Source: an uncultured Bacteroides sp. (GTDB taxonomy: Bacteria; Bacteroidota; Bacteroidia; Bacteroidales; Bacteroidaceae). From it: a DNA stretch of 64,000 nucleotides. The position numbers and the translations under genes were made by a program. The stretch is taken from positions 720,044 through 784,043 of the forward strand of contig NZ_CAXXKL010000003.1 in the NCBI RefSeq assembly GCF_963677715.2. The letters run 5' to 3'. Shown in pieces: positions 1 through 9,561 of the stretch (the stretch's first letter is position 1; each line of letters starts with the position of its first letter). The notes beneath the pieces were generated by a model. It worked only from the letters and a program-made list of their open reading frames with translations. It ran no database searches and was not told the origin of the DNA.

Positions 1-1
1 A

Positions 2-1264
2 GTTAAAGCATACGATGCCGTGGCAGAATTCATTAAAGCCTATCTATTTACAAAGATGAGTCTTGAGATGGGTGATATACCTATGAGCGAAGCCCTGGAA
101 GGTGTTAGTAATCTTACTCCGAAGTATGATGCACAAAAAGACGTATTTACACAAGCATTTGCTTTGCTGGAATCGGCCAATACAGAACTCGCCGAATTGA
201 TATCAGCGGGAGAGAGCCCGTTGAAAGGTGATTTTTATTATAATAACGATCTAAGTAAATGGCAGAAACTGGTCAACACATACCGTCTTCGTTTGCTTAT
301 TCATCTAAGCAAAAAAGTAGATGATGCCGATTTGAAAGTAAAACAACAGTTTGCCGATATCATCGGTAATCCGGCTAAATATCCGGTTATGGAAAGTGCC
401 AATGATAACTTACAGTTCACCTACATCTATCCAACTAATCTTTATCCGAATAATCCCGGAAATTTCGGTTACGATGCATTACGTGATAATTGCTCCGATA
501 CCTATGTGGGGTTACTTAAACAATTGAAAGATCCGCGTCTTTTTATAACCTCAGAGCCTGTTAGAACGTTGATAGATGCTACTCATCCGGCTACAAGCTT
601 CGATGTTTTTGTGGGAGCCAATGCGGGTGAAGATCTTGGAGAAATGTATAATACAGCCACCAGCGGAGGCTATTCATTACTAAACAGATATCGCTATTAT
701 CGTACATACACGGGAGAGCCGACTCTCGAAGTCAGCTATCAGGAAATGTGCTTCAATATTGCCGAAGCAATTAATCGCGGTTGGATTACGTCAGGAACAC
801 TGGGAACGGCTGAAGATTACTACCAAGCCGGCATTAAAACATCAATGGTTTATTATGATATACCCGAAGCGGGCAATTTGACTGTGCATTTCTTTAAAGC
901 AGCTGCCAGTTTGAGTGATGCAGATCCGTATGACGATTTTACGATAGCTGTAGACTGGAATAATTATTATAATCAGCCGACGGTTAAATACGCCGGAGAC
1001 AATGCAACCGGCTTAACACAAATTTTGCAACAAAAATATATTGCCTTGTATCGCCATTCCGGTCTTGAGTCTTATTTTACTTACAGGCGCACAGGTGTCC
1101 CCTCATTCGGAACAGGCCCGGGAACAGGTAATAACCAAAAAATTGCCATGCGTTTTCAATATCCGGATAATGAAAAAACCACAAATACGGATAATTACAA
1201 TGAGGCACTGAAGCAATATAACGGCAAGGATGATATAAATGGTATCATGTGGATATTAAAATAA
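2..1264 (+). CDS. SusD/RagB-family outer-membrane lipoprotein, 5'-truncated by the window edge
   Basis: The frame is open from base 2 (VKAYDAVAEF...). SusD-like motifs: LKGDFYY..D..KW.KL.N..RLR.LIHLS, YQEMCFNIAEA..RGW, QKYIALY, YRRTG, C-terminal WILK. Confidence 0.85.
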   Translation, partial: VKAYDAVAEFIKAYLFTKMSLEMGDIPMSEALEGVSNLTPKYDAQKDVFTQAFALLESANTELAELISAGESPLKGDFYYNNDLSKWQKLVNTYRLRLLIHLSKKVDDADLKVKQQFADIIGNPAKYPVMESANDNLQFTYIYPTNLYPNNPGNFGYDALRDNCSDTYVGLLKQLKDPRLFITSEPVRTLIDATHPATSFDVFVGANAGEDLGEMYNTATSGGYSLLNRYRYYRTYTGEPTLEVSYQEMCFNIAEAINRGWITSGTLGTAEDYYQAGIKTSMVYYDIPEAGNLTVHFFKAAASLSDADPYDDFTIAVDWNNYYNQPTVKYAGDNATGLTQILQQKYIALYRHSGLESYFTYRRTGVPSFGTGPGTGNNQKIAMRFQYPDNEKTTNTDNYNEALKQYNGKDDINGIMWILK

Positions 1265-1319
1265 GTAACAAATGACTATATTACATTGATTTATAATTTT
1301 CAATTAAACAAAAAACATA

Positions 1320-2405
1320 ATGAAAAGAATTAGTTTTTTATTTATAGCGTTATCCTTCGTGGCAACACTAATGGCGCAATCGAGTCACAAAACACAAAAC
1401 GTAATCCTTGTAACCATAGACGGCTTTCGCTGGCAAGAAATGTTCAACGGTGCGGACTCTTCATTTATAAACAACAAACAATTGGTGGAAGATGCGGCTA
1501 ATTGTGGCAAGAAGTACTGGGACAACAGTGTAGATGCAAGACGAAAAATGCTCCTCCCATTCATTTGGGATACAATAGCCAGCAAGGGACAGATCTATGG
1601 TAACCGGACTAAAGGTTGTAACGTAAATGTAAAGAACACCTACTGGTTTTCGTACCCCGGATACAACGAAATACTTACAGGATACGCCGATTCGCGGGTA
1701 AATTCGAATAGTTTCGGCCCAAACCCGAACATCAGTCTTTTTGAGGTTATGAATAAAACCCCGAAATATGCAGGACGCATTGCTGCATTCGCTTCATGGG
1801 ATGCGTTTAATGATATATTAAATGAAAAAAGAAGTGGCTTAATAGTTAGCGCCGGATTTGATAAAGTGAATGGAATGGATTCTGATAGCAAAATGAATTT
1901 GCTTAATTCGATGCAAACGCAGTTGCCCGATATTTTTCACGGTGTGAGGCTCGACGGTGTGACTTTTAATATGGGATTTGAATACTTAAAAACAAAAAGG
2001 CCCCGCATTCTTTATCTTTCTTTTGACGAAACCGATGATTTTGCTCATGGAGGAAGATACGAGGATTATTTAAATTCGGCTCATTATACCGATGATTTTT
2101 TGCGGACTCTTTGGAATTGGATACAATCCGACCCGGAATATAAAGACAAAACAACTCTACTGATAACGTGCGATCATGGTAGAGGTGAAGGACCGATTGG
2201 CTGGAGAAGTCACGGAACGGAGACTGCCAATTCCAATCAAACATGGTTTGCCGTAATGGGTCCGGATACTCCTGCTTTAGGCGAAATGACCAGTGGACAA
2301 TATTACAACAATCAGTTTGCAAAAACTATGGCTGCTCTTCTCGGCTTCAATTTTGAGACTCCAAATCCTGTTGGTGATCCAATTGTTTCGGTTTTAGGAA
2401 AATAA
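1320..2405 (+). CDS. Secreted alkaline-phosphatase-superfamily enzyme (phosphodiesterase/sulfatase/phosphoglyceromutase-like)
   Basis: Signal peptide. Metal-binding motifs TIDGFRWQE, SYPGYNEILTG, DETDDFAH and TCDHGRG. Confidence 0.8.
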   Translation: MKRISFLFIALSFVATLMAQSSHKTQNVILVTIDGFRWQEMFNGADSSFINNKQLVEDAANCGKKYWDNSVDARRKMLLPFIWDTIASKGQIYGNRTKGCNVNVKNTYWFSYPGYNEILTGYADSRVNSNSFGPNPNISLFEVMNKTPKYAGRIAAFASWDAFNDILNEKRSGLIVSAGFDKVNGMDSDSKMNLLNSMQTQLPDIFHGVRLDGVTFNMGFEYLKTKRPRILYLSFDETDDFAHGGRYEDYLNSAHYTDDFLRTLWNWIQSDPEYKDKTTLLITCDHGRGEGPIGWRSHGTETANSNQTWFAVMGPDTPALGEMTSGQYYNNQFAKTMAALLGFNFETPNPVGDPIVSVLGK

Positions 2406-2432
2406 AGCCACTGAGTATCTAAAACATTACAT

Positions 2433-2478
2433 AAAACGAGGAGAAACTTTTTTAAAATTTGCTCCTCGTTTTTTTTAT
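2433..2478 (+). terminator. Intrinsic terminator
   Basis: AAAACGAGGAG...CTCCTCGTTTT stem followed by a T run, just after the 2405 stop. Confidence 0.7.
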
Positions 2479-2525
2479 TCTTCTCCCTAAAAACTACAAT
2501 CACCTAAAAATGGCTCTTTTAATCG

Positions 2526-2570
2526 AAAAAACAAGGAGAAGATTCTTCAAAACCCTTCTCCCCGTTTTTT
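2526..2570. terminator. Second, related terminator-like hairpin
   Basis: AAAAAC..GGAGAAG...CTTCTCC..GTTTTT imperfect stem. Confidence 0.45.
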
Positions 2571-2830
2571 ATTCTCCTTCTTATTAAAAATAGTAGCAGC
2601 AAAATAGGCAACAAAACAAAGAATATCTGCTTTGCCCGTCATAATATCGTTTGGCTCGTTTACAAAATCAATATTTATCTCTATCCATTAATTGGCTCAC
2701 GTCATTCTTTTTTCCGGTTCAAAGCGTCGTTATTTGAACCAAATTAATTAGCTTTGTGAGCCAAATAAGTGTCTCACTGTATCTTTGTTATCTGCGATAA
2801 AGAGTATATCAAAATTATTATAGACTCAAA

Positions 2831-3871
2831 ATGAATTGGACAAACGTCTTAAAATACACGCTTATGACAGCGACTATCCTAACCACAAAGCCTATATTGG
2901 CGCAAAATCAGGATTTTAAAGAACTTGTAGCTTCGGCCATCAAAGCTCCTTCGGGGCACAATACGCAACCGTGGCTTTTTCGCTTGCAAGAAAATGCCAT
3001 CGAAGTACGCCCCAATTTAAAGAATGAATTGGCTGTGGTAGATCCTGAAAACAGAGAACTGTACATCAGCATCGGCTGTGCTGTAGAGAATCTTTGCGTA
3101 GCTGCCACGCAAAAAGGTTATCGCCCTACGCCTACCATCCAGAAGGAGAACGACAGTACCTACATCATCCGTGTAGGGCTGGAAAAACAGAAAGCAACGG
3201 ACAATCCGCTGTTTGCCCCGATAGCCGTGCGACAGACTAACCGTAGTGTGTACAACGGGCAGATGATTGCGGCGGATACGGTGCAGTTGATACAAGAAAT
3301 TGCGAAAGAAGAGGGGGTAAAGTTTTACATGTATAAGAACGGAGAAGCGGCTTTCGACACGCTGACTGAATACATCCGTCAGGGTAACGAAATACAAATG
3401 ACGGATAAAGACTTCAAGAATGAATTGTTGAATTGGATTCGTTTCAACAAGAGCCACGCTGCACAAATGGGCAACGGACTTACCACTGCTACCATGGGTT
3501 CTCCCGGCATGCCCAAGTTCATAGGAAAACCTCTGGTGAAAGCTTTCCTCAAGCCAAAAACACAAAACAAATCGGATATCAGGAAAGTAGAATCATCGTC
3601 ACACCTTGTTCTGTTTACTATCAGCGAGAATACTCCGAAAGAGTGGATTCTTCTGGGACAAACGCTCGAACGTTTTTTGCTCGAAACCACCCGCCTGGGC
3701 ATTGTCAATGCTTATATGAATCAACCTTGCGAACTAAAGCCGTTGGTAGAAAAAATAAAGGAGAAGCTTCTCCCCGACGGTGAATATCCAATGATGATCG
3801 TGCGTCTGGGTTATGCCTCTCCTATGCCCTACTCGCCCCGTAAGAGCGTAGAAAGTGTGATTATTCCTTAA
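2831..3871 (+). CDS. Acg/Rv3131-like FMN-binding nitroreductase-family protein
   Basis: AIKAPSGHNTQPW, RELYISIGCAVENL, RQTNRSVY, and C-terminal GQTLERFLL...NQPCE...P.MIVRLGY. Confidence 0.8.
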   Translation: MNWTNVLKYTLMTATILTTKPILAQNQDFKELVASAIKAPSGHNTQPWLFRLQENAIEVRPNLKNELAVVDPENRELYISIGCAVENLCVAATQKGYRPTPTIQKENDSTYIIRVGLEKQKATDNPLFAPIAVRQTNRSVYNGQMIAADTVQLIQEIAKEEGVKFYMYKNGEAAFDTLTEYIRQGNEIQMTDKDFKNELLNWIRFNKSHAAQMGNGLTTATMGSPGMPKFIGKPLVKAFLKPKTQNKSDIRKVESSSHLVLFTISENTPKEWILLGQTLERFLLETTRLGIVNAYMNQPCELKPLVEKIKEKLLPDGEYPMMIVRLGYASPMPYSPRKSVESVIIP

Positions 3872-4988
3872 GCGGTAACCAGCCTGTTCGCGACAGCAAG
3901 CCGTTCCACATCGGAGCGGGTATTTTCAGCCCTTCCCGGTTGTGCACATCCAGCGCTTTTTCTATCGATTCCGGCTTACCACTCTTTATTTTATCCAGCC
4001 ACTGCGGATCGATGAGCAATTCCCGCCCTAAAGCGATCATGGATATTCCGCTATCGAGTACCTCTTCGGCCTGTTCGGGAGAAGTGATAGATCCTACTCC
4101 GATAACAGGAAGCCCCCTACCCACTTTTTCGTAAATTAATTTAGCACGAGATTCCGTATCTTTTTCATCTCGCATGGAGCCTGCCCAAAAGTCCATAACA
4201 GATACATGCAGATAGTCGAGCCCTTTTTGGGCCAAGGTTTCTGCCAGAGCCAACGTATCCTGAATTGTAATACCCGGATTTTCCGTTTCTTCGGGAGAAA
4301 TGCGATAGCCAACAATAAAAGGACGTCCGGCACTCTTCTTCACCGACGCTTTTACAGCATCGACCACAGCCAGCGGAAACGCCATTCTCTTTTCAAGACT
4401 ACCACCCCACTTATCCGTACGGCGATTAGAATGCGGAGAAAAAAATTGCTGAATGAGATACGTATTGGCACCGTGTATTTCTACTCCGTCAAAACCTGCC
4501 TCGGCGGCTCGGCGTGCAGCTTCGCCATAGGCTGCTATTGTTTCTTCTATTTCTGTTTCCGTCATTTCGCGAGGCACTTGCGCCCCTTCTCTGAGTGCAG
4601 CCACAGCACTGGCGCTCACCGACTGTCCATCGGGCAATTCTTCAGGCGGACACATCCGCCCTCCGTGATGAATCTGCAAAAGGGCTTTCCCACCATTCGC
4701 TTTCAGCGTATCGGCTATGCGTTTCAAACTCGGAATCATTTCATCCGCATGCACACCAATCTGCCCGGGAAAAGCCTTTCCCTGCGGAAGGACATAAGCA
4801 CACGCCGTGAGCAACAACCCCGCACTACGGTTACGTTCCTTATAATAGGCTATCTCCGCATCGGATACCGTTCCGTCTGCATTTCCCGAGAACGTGGTCA
4901 TCGGGGCCAATACCACTCTGCTATCTACCGTTATGCCCGAAACAGGAAATGTAAACGGCGACAGAATCTTGTTATAATTCTTACTCAT
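3861..4988 (-). CDS. NADH:flavin oxidoreductase (old yellow enzyme family)
   Basis: VLAPMT, QIHHGGR, GFDGVEIHGANTYLIQQFFSPHSNRRTD.WGG, YRISPEE. Confidence 0.92.
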   Translation of the reverse strand: MSKNYNKILSPFTFPVSGITVDSRVVLAPMTTFSGNADGTVSDAEIAYYKERNRSAGLLLTACAYVLPQGKAFPGQIGVHADEMIPSLKRIADTLKANGGKALLQIHHGGRMCPPEELPDGQSVSASAVAALREGAQVPREMTETEIEETIAAYGEAARRAAEAGFDGVEIHGANTYLIQQFFSPHSNRRTDKWGGSLEKRMAFPLAVVDAVKASVKKSAGRPFIVGYRISPEETENPGITIQDTLALAETLAQKGLDYLHVSVMDFWAGSMRDEKDTESRAKLIYEKVGRGLPVIGVGSITSPEQAEEVLDSGISMIALGRELLIDPQWLDKIKSGKPESIEKALDVHNREGLKIPAPMWNGLLSRTGWLPLKE

Positions 4989-5267
4989 AAATGTATCTCT
5001 TAAAATTATTTTTATAGTTATAATCCTATATCATTCGCACAATGATATTAATTTTCTTGTTTTTTTGAGAACAAAACGTTTAGTCCACTCCCTTTGTTCG
5101 TTAAAGTACAAACAAGGTTTGCTAAAAGAAGTTTAAAGCAATAATGATTACGACAAACTTTTTTTGCGATAACAAATAAAACCTCTATATTTGAAACACT
5201 ACAATAGAGTACAAAAACAGATGCTATTATCAACCCATAGTATATTCACCCATAAATTATTAATGTT

Positions 5268-5888
5268 ATGAAAAAGATCTATGCAATTACCATGATCGCC
5301 ATATTTATGGCATCCTGCAAGGCTCCTCAAAAGACAGAAACCATGAAAGTAAAAAATGAAACAGTTGCAACCATCATGAATCGCAGAAGCATCCGCGCTT
5401 ATTTGCCCGAACAAATCAAGCCCGAACAACTTGATACCATTATGCAGTGCGCCATCAATGCGCCAAGTGCTATGAACAAACAGTCATGGGAGGTTCGCGT
5501 TATTCGGAAACCCGAACTGATCAAAGCCATCAACGAAGGGTATATGGCCTATGCTAAAGTAAAAGACAGTGAAAAAGCAGGGTTTAGTGTTTTTCACGGA
5601 GCACCGACAGTTATTATTGTAGCCAGCAACGTTACTAACGATTACAGCCCGGTAGATTGTGGTTTATTGGGACAAAACATCCTCCTCTCTGCCGAGTCCA
5701 TGAACATAGGAACCTGCGTTATAGGCAGCGTTATCGGATATCTCAATGCACCCGAAGCCAAAGATCTGGTTGCCCAACTAAATCTGCCAGCCAATTACAA
5801 ACCGCTGTATGCCGTATCGATAGGATATAAAAATGAACGACCCGAGGCTAAGCCCAGAGATAACGCCAAAGTTCAGGTAATTAAGTAA
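5268..5888 (+). CDS. Nitroreductase-family protein with a lipoprotein-type signal peptide
   Basis: IMNRRSIRAY, AINAPSAMNKQSW, DCG..GQNILLSAESMNIGTC, IGY. N-terminus MKKIYAITMIAIFMAS-C. Confidence 0.85.
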   Translation: MKKIYAITMIAIFMASCKAPQKTETMKVKNETVATIMNRRSIRAYLPEQIKPEQLDTIMQCAINAPSAMNKQSWEVRVIRKPELIKAINEGYMAYAKVKDSEKAGFSVFHGAPTVIIVASNVTNDYSPVDCGLLGQNILLSAESMNIGTCVIGSVIGYLNAPEAKDLVAQLNLPANYKPLYAVSIGYKNERPEAKPRDNAKVQVIK

Positions 5889-5963
5889 CACTTGTCAACT
5901 TCCTTTTAGTATATTTGACATTTATTCAAAGTCCGGCTGCCGTTTTCTTTGTTCCTTTGCAGC

Positions 5964-7379
5964 ATGATTCAAAGGCTAATTTCTACAGAGGAAAAGGCAG
6001 ACGGACTACCCCTCCCCAAACGTTACTGGGCTATTTTGGCTATTGCTCTCGGAGTTTCCGTCTCCGTGCTGGATAGTACCATTGCCAATGTAGCATTGCC
6101 CACTATTGCAGACGAATTAAAAACTTCTCCATCTACAATCATTTGGGTAGTCAATGCCTATCAGCTGGCCATCACCATTTCCATTCTTTCCTTTTCTTCG
6201 CTGGGTGAAATTCTGGGATACAAAAAAATATATCTGGCAGGACTTTTATTGTTTAGTGCTACGTCACTCATGTGCGCCCTGTCCACTTCGTTTTGGACAC
6301 TTATTTCCGCCCGGGTTCTACAAGGTTTTGGTGCATCAGCCATCACCAGTGTTAACACCGCTTTGCTACGCATCATCTATCCACAGCGTTTTTTGGGAAG
6401 AGGAATGGGCATCAACGCCCTTGTGGTGGCTTTTTCTGTGGTGGCGGGCCCCACCGTCGCCTCCGGCATCCTTTCTTTTGCTTCGTGGAACTGGTTGTTT
6501 GCAATCAACGTTCCCATCGGTTTGCTGGCACTCTTCGTGGGATACCGGTTCTTGCCCGGCAATCCGGTCAGTATTAAAGGACGTAAATTCGATACTGTCA
6601 GTAGCATCGGAAACGCACTCATGTTTGCCTTGCTCATCTTTACGATGGAAGGCATCAGTCACGAGCAAAAACTGCAATTCATCCTGCTCGGCGCCTTTTT
6701 GCTCATAATTGTGAGCTACAAATTTATTAAAAGACAATTGCGCCAGGAATATCCCCTGCTTCCGGTAGATTTACTTAAGATACCTATCTTTGCCCTATCT
6801 ATCGGCACTTCCATTACCTCGTTTACGGCACAGATGCTTGCCATGGTGTCGCTCCCGTTCTTTTTTCAAAATACACTGGGATATAGCAGTTCGCAAATCG
6901 GATTGTTACTAACGCCATGGCCCATCGCCATCATTATCGTAGCTCCCATTGCCGGACGATTGGTGGAGCGGGTACATGCGGGACTCTTAGGAGGAATCGG
7001 GCTCGCCATATTTTCAATAGGGTTGTTTTCTCTCGCTTTCTTGCCCGATAACCCGTCATACTTCAATATCATCTGGCGCATGCTAGTTTGCGGAACCGGA
7101 TTCGGACTGTTTCAATCGCCCAATAACAGTGTCATTATATCATCGGCTCCCGCACACAGAAGCGGCGGAGCAAGCGGCATGCTGGGAACAGCCCGCTTGC
7201 TGGGGCAAACGCTGGGAACCACCTTGGTAGCCATGATGTTTGCACTATTGCCTATCTCCGGTACCAAAACATCTTTGCTGCTGGCCGGCACTTTCGCCAT
7301 ACTGGCGGCAGTGGTCAGTTCGCTAAGACTTTCGCAACCTTTGCCTGCCTCTCTGAAGAAAAGAGCGGAAGAAGAATAA
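5964..7379 (+). CDS. DHA2-type MFS efflux transporter (YebQ/EmrB-like)
   Basis: LDSTIANVALPTIA, W.VNAYQL, L..ARVLQGFG and about 14 hydrophobic segments. ATG 5964 preferred over TTG 5949. Confidence 0.9.
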   Translation: MIQRLISTEEKADGLPLPKRYWAILAIALGVSVSVLDSTIANVALPTIADELKTSPSTIIWVVNAYQLAITISILSFSSLGEILGYKKIYLAGLLLFSATSLMCALSTSFWTLISARVLQGFGASAITSVNTALLRIIYPQRFLGRGMGINALVVAFSVVAGPTVASGILSFASWNWLFAINVPIGLLALFVGYRFLPGNPVSIKGRKFDTVSSIGNALMFALLIFTMEGISHEQKLQFILLGAFLLIIVSYKFIKRQLRQEYPLLPVDLLKIPIFALSIGTSITSFTAQMLAMVSLPFFFQNTLGYSSSQIGLLLTPWPIAIIIVAPIAGRLVERVHAGLLGGIGLAIFSIGLFSLAFLPDNPSYFNIIWRMLVCGTGFGLFQSPNNSVIISSAPAHRSGGASGMLGTARLLGQTLGTTLVAMMFALLPISGTKTSLLLAGTFAILAAVVSSLRLSQPLPASLKKRAEEE

Positions 7380-7416
7380 GTAAATAAAACAGTTTGGCTG
7401 TAATTATTTTTAAACA

Positions 7417-7550
7417 CCCTCCAGAAGGCTTGTAAAGGGCATTGAAAGAAAACCAATTCCCTTTGCAAAGAAAACCGGTTGCCTTTACAAAGAAAACCGG
7501 TTTTCTTTGCAAAGGCAACCGGTAATCGGCGAAAAGAATACTAATTGTAA
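7417..7550 (-). repeat. Copy 1 of the intergenic 22-bp palindrome-array element
   Basis: CTTT(G/A)CAAAG cores at 7461, 7483 and 7505 (22-bp period). On the minus strand, TTACAATT lies upstream and AAGCCTTCTGGAGGG downstream. Confidence 0.85.
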
Positions 7551-7884
7551 AAAAACAGCACGTTTTTATCTTCCTTTTTTATCTACTGATCATTTTAATC
7601 AGTAAAGAAACCCTTTCTGCATAAATTATAATTTTGAATTCTTTTTGAATTTTCTCAATTCAAGCCTTATATTTATTCATTTCTCAGTTCTTTTATTTAT
7701 AATTTATGTATTCCAAATAAACTTTATTCGTCATTTATTAATATATTAATTTACATAAATAGCATATATAACACATATATAATTAAATATTTTATATCCA
7801 TATAATAAAATAAATCATTTTTTATAATAGCAACATATTAAACCATATAGTGTTAATATTAATAAATCACTAATATTATACACT

Positions 7885-8895
7885 ATGAAACAATTAATGA
7901 ACTCAATGGAGAACAAAACAGAACAAACAAGTACACTTCAGCATTTTGTACCTTTATTATCCGATGAACTAATCCTTTCCGGCAGACACGGGACGGCACG
8001 CGCATACACGAGTGCCTTTAAAAGATTAACCCGTTTCACGGGAAAAGCGGACATAACCTTCGCGGAGCTGACACCTGCTCTGATGAAACAGTTCGAACAA
8101 CATCTGTATGCAGCGGGGAGCAAGAGAAACTCCATATCCCTGTACATGCGCATGCTTCGTTCTATCTGCAACCAGGCAGTAAGAAGAGGCTTGGCAAACA
8201 TTCCGCATGAGCTGTTTCATGACGTATTCACCGGCACGGATAGTTGCGAAAAGCGGGCGATGTCACCTGCCGTCATCCGGTGTCTGCACCAAGCAGATCT
8301 GGAAAGCAAACCTTCCCTTAGCTTTGCCAGAGACATGTTTTTGCTCTCATTCTACCTAAGGGGTATCCCGTATGTAGATCTCATACATCTGAGAAAAAAA
8401 GACCTGAACAAGGGAGTATTGCGTTATCGCCGGAGCAAAACAAACCGTTTGGTTACGGTATGCGTGGAGGCCTGCGCAATGACTATCTTCCGTAAATATG
8501 CCTCTTCAGCAGGAAAATCACCCTATCTGCTTCCGGTCATCACACGTACCGGGCAAGAGGGGTACCGGCAATACCAAAGCGCCCTGCGATTGTACAATAA
8601 GCGGCTGCATTGCCTCTCGGAAATGCTGGAGCTCAAAGAAAATCTGACATCTTATGTGGCACGCCACTCCTGGGCCACAGCAGCTTATCGGCAAGGCATT
8701 CCGGTAGCCATCATCAGCGAATCATTGGGGCACGCTTCAGAGAAGATGACTTATCACTACTTAGCTTCGTTTGATAACCGCACTTTACGAAAAGCCAACC
8801 GAAAAGTGATTGCACTAATGATGACCGAAACAAATAAGCCCCAAACGCCTCCGAAACATTCGCCGTATCCATGGATAAACAAAGCGATAGGATAA
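7885..8895 (+). CDS. Tyrosine site-specific recombinase (Tsr-type invertase) with an N-terminal SAM-like domain
   Basis: Catalytic motifs SFYLRG, YRRSKT, SYVARHSWAT, LGH and TYHYL. It lies 130 bp from an inverted-repeat-flanked segment. Confidence 0.92.
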   Translation: MKQLMNSMENKTEQTSTLQHFVPLLSDELILSGRHGTARAYTSAFKRLTRFTGKADITFAELTPALMKQFEQHLYAAGSKRNSISLYMRMLRSICNQAVRRGLANIPHELFHDVFTGTDSCEKRAMSPAVIRCLHQADLESKPSLSFARDMFLLSFYLRGIPYVDLIHLRKKDLNKGVLRYRRSKTNRLVTVCVEACAMTIFRKYASSAGKSPYLLPVITRTGQEGYRQYQSALRLYNKRLHCLSEMLELKENLTSYVARHSWATAAYRQGIPVAIISESLGHASEKMTYHYLASFDNRTLRKANRKVIALMMTETNKPQTPPKHSPYPWINKAIG

Positions 8896-9024
8896 GAAAA
8901 CAAGGCGTTATTTTGTAGCGAAAGAGGTTCCACCCAGGAATCATCGTTTTGCTTTTCCGATAATAAACAGAGAAGAGAATAATGAATGAAAACACTTACT
9001 AGAAGGATTTACAGGGATTTTTAA

Positions 9025-9052
9025 TCGTTCCGTTACTTCACAGGTAACAGAA
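9025..9052 (+). repeat. Left inverted repeat (recombinase crossover site)
   Basis: TCGTTCCGTTACTTCACAGGTAACAGAA is the exact reverse complement of 9517-9544. It has an internal dyad GTTAC-N7-GTAAC. Confidence 0.93.
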
Positions 9053-9066
9053 TTTGTTTGAGACTG

Positions 9067-9098
9067 CAAATATTGAAATATTATATTAAACTACCAAA
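9067..9098 (-). promoter_or_regulatory. Bacteroides sigma-70-type promoter inside the invertible segment, facing away from the downstream genes (OFF)
   Basis: Minus strand TTTG-N20-AATATTTG followed by CA; one mismatch to the TTTG-N19-21-TAnnTTTG consensus. Confidence 0.7.
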
Positions 9099-9516
9099 TA
9101 AAATAAGTATTAATTAATTGATTTTGATAAATAACATTAATTAATAGTACTTATTTATTAGCATTAAACTGAAAACTTATGTATATATATGTACTTATAT
9201 AACAATAATACATGATATAAATATATTTAAACAAATAGAAATAAAGCATACACAAAATAATTTGTTTTTTTGAGAAATAGCCTTGCTTTCCAAAGATAAA
9301 TGATTAAAATATCTTGTTTGAGCATACATTGCATAACACTACCCAACAGCATTTTATCAACGCCATGTTTACATTCCTGTTTTTTTCGGCACACATGAGA
9401 ATGGCTGTTCAACACATTTTTATGTACTGAAACCTGTCTATACGCATTCGTCGCGACCATTTATGCTTTTAGCATTCTTCGGAATTGCATACCCGAATCA
9501 TTTCTTTGATTCGCGG

Positions 9517-9544
9517 TTCTGTTACCTGTGAAGTAACGGAACGA
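9517..9544 (-). repeat. Right inverted repeat (recombinase crossover site)
   Basis: TTCTGTTACCTGTGAAGTAACGGAACGA, ending 17 bp before the ATG at 9562. Confidence 0.93.
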
Positions 9545-9561
9545 CTAAAAAAGGAAAAAAG

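Noticed and set aside
7112-7518. ORFs 7112-7468, 7315-7518 and 47393-47758 sharing LQRKP..F..K / KPSGG peptides
   Set aside because: The similarity is simply the translated repeat element; the ORFs overlap real genes on the opposite strand.
7417-7550. 22-bp periodic arrays (also at 22051 and 47426) as CRISPR arrays
   Set aside because: The units abut with no unique spacers, there are only three per array, and no cas genes are visible.
7885-8895. Integrase as the marker of a prophage or ICE
   Set aside because: No phage, tra/mob or excisionase genes and no tRNA or att direct repeats were seen; the adjacent inverted repeats explain it as an invertase.
8714-9460. Minus-strand ORFs 8714-8995 and 9227-9460
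   Set aside because: One is antisense to the recombinase 3' end and the other lies in the AT-rich invertible segment; neither has recognisable motifs.
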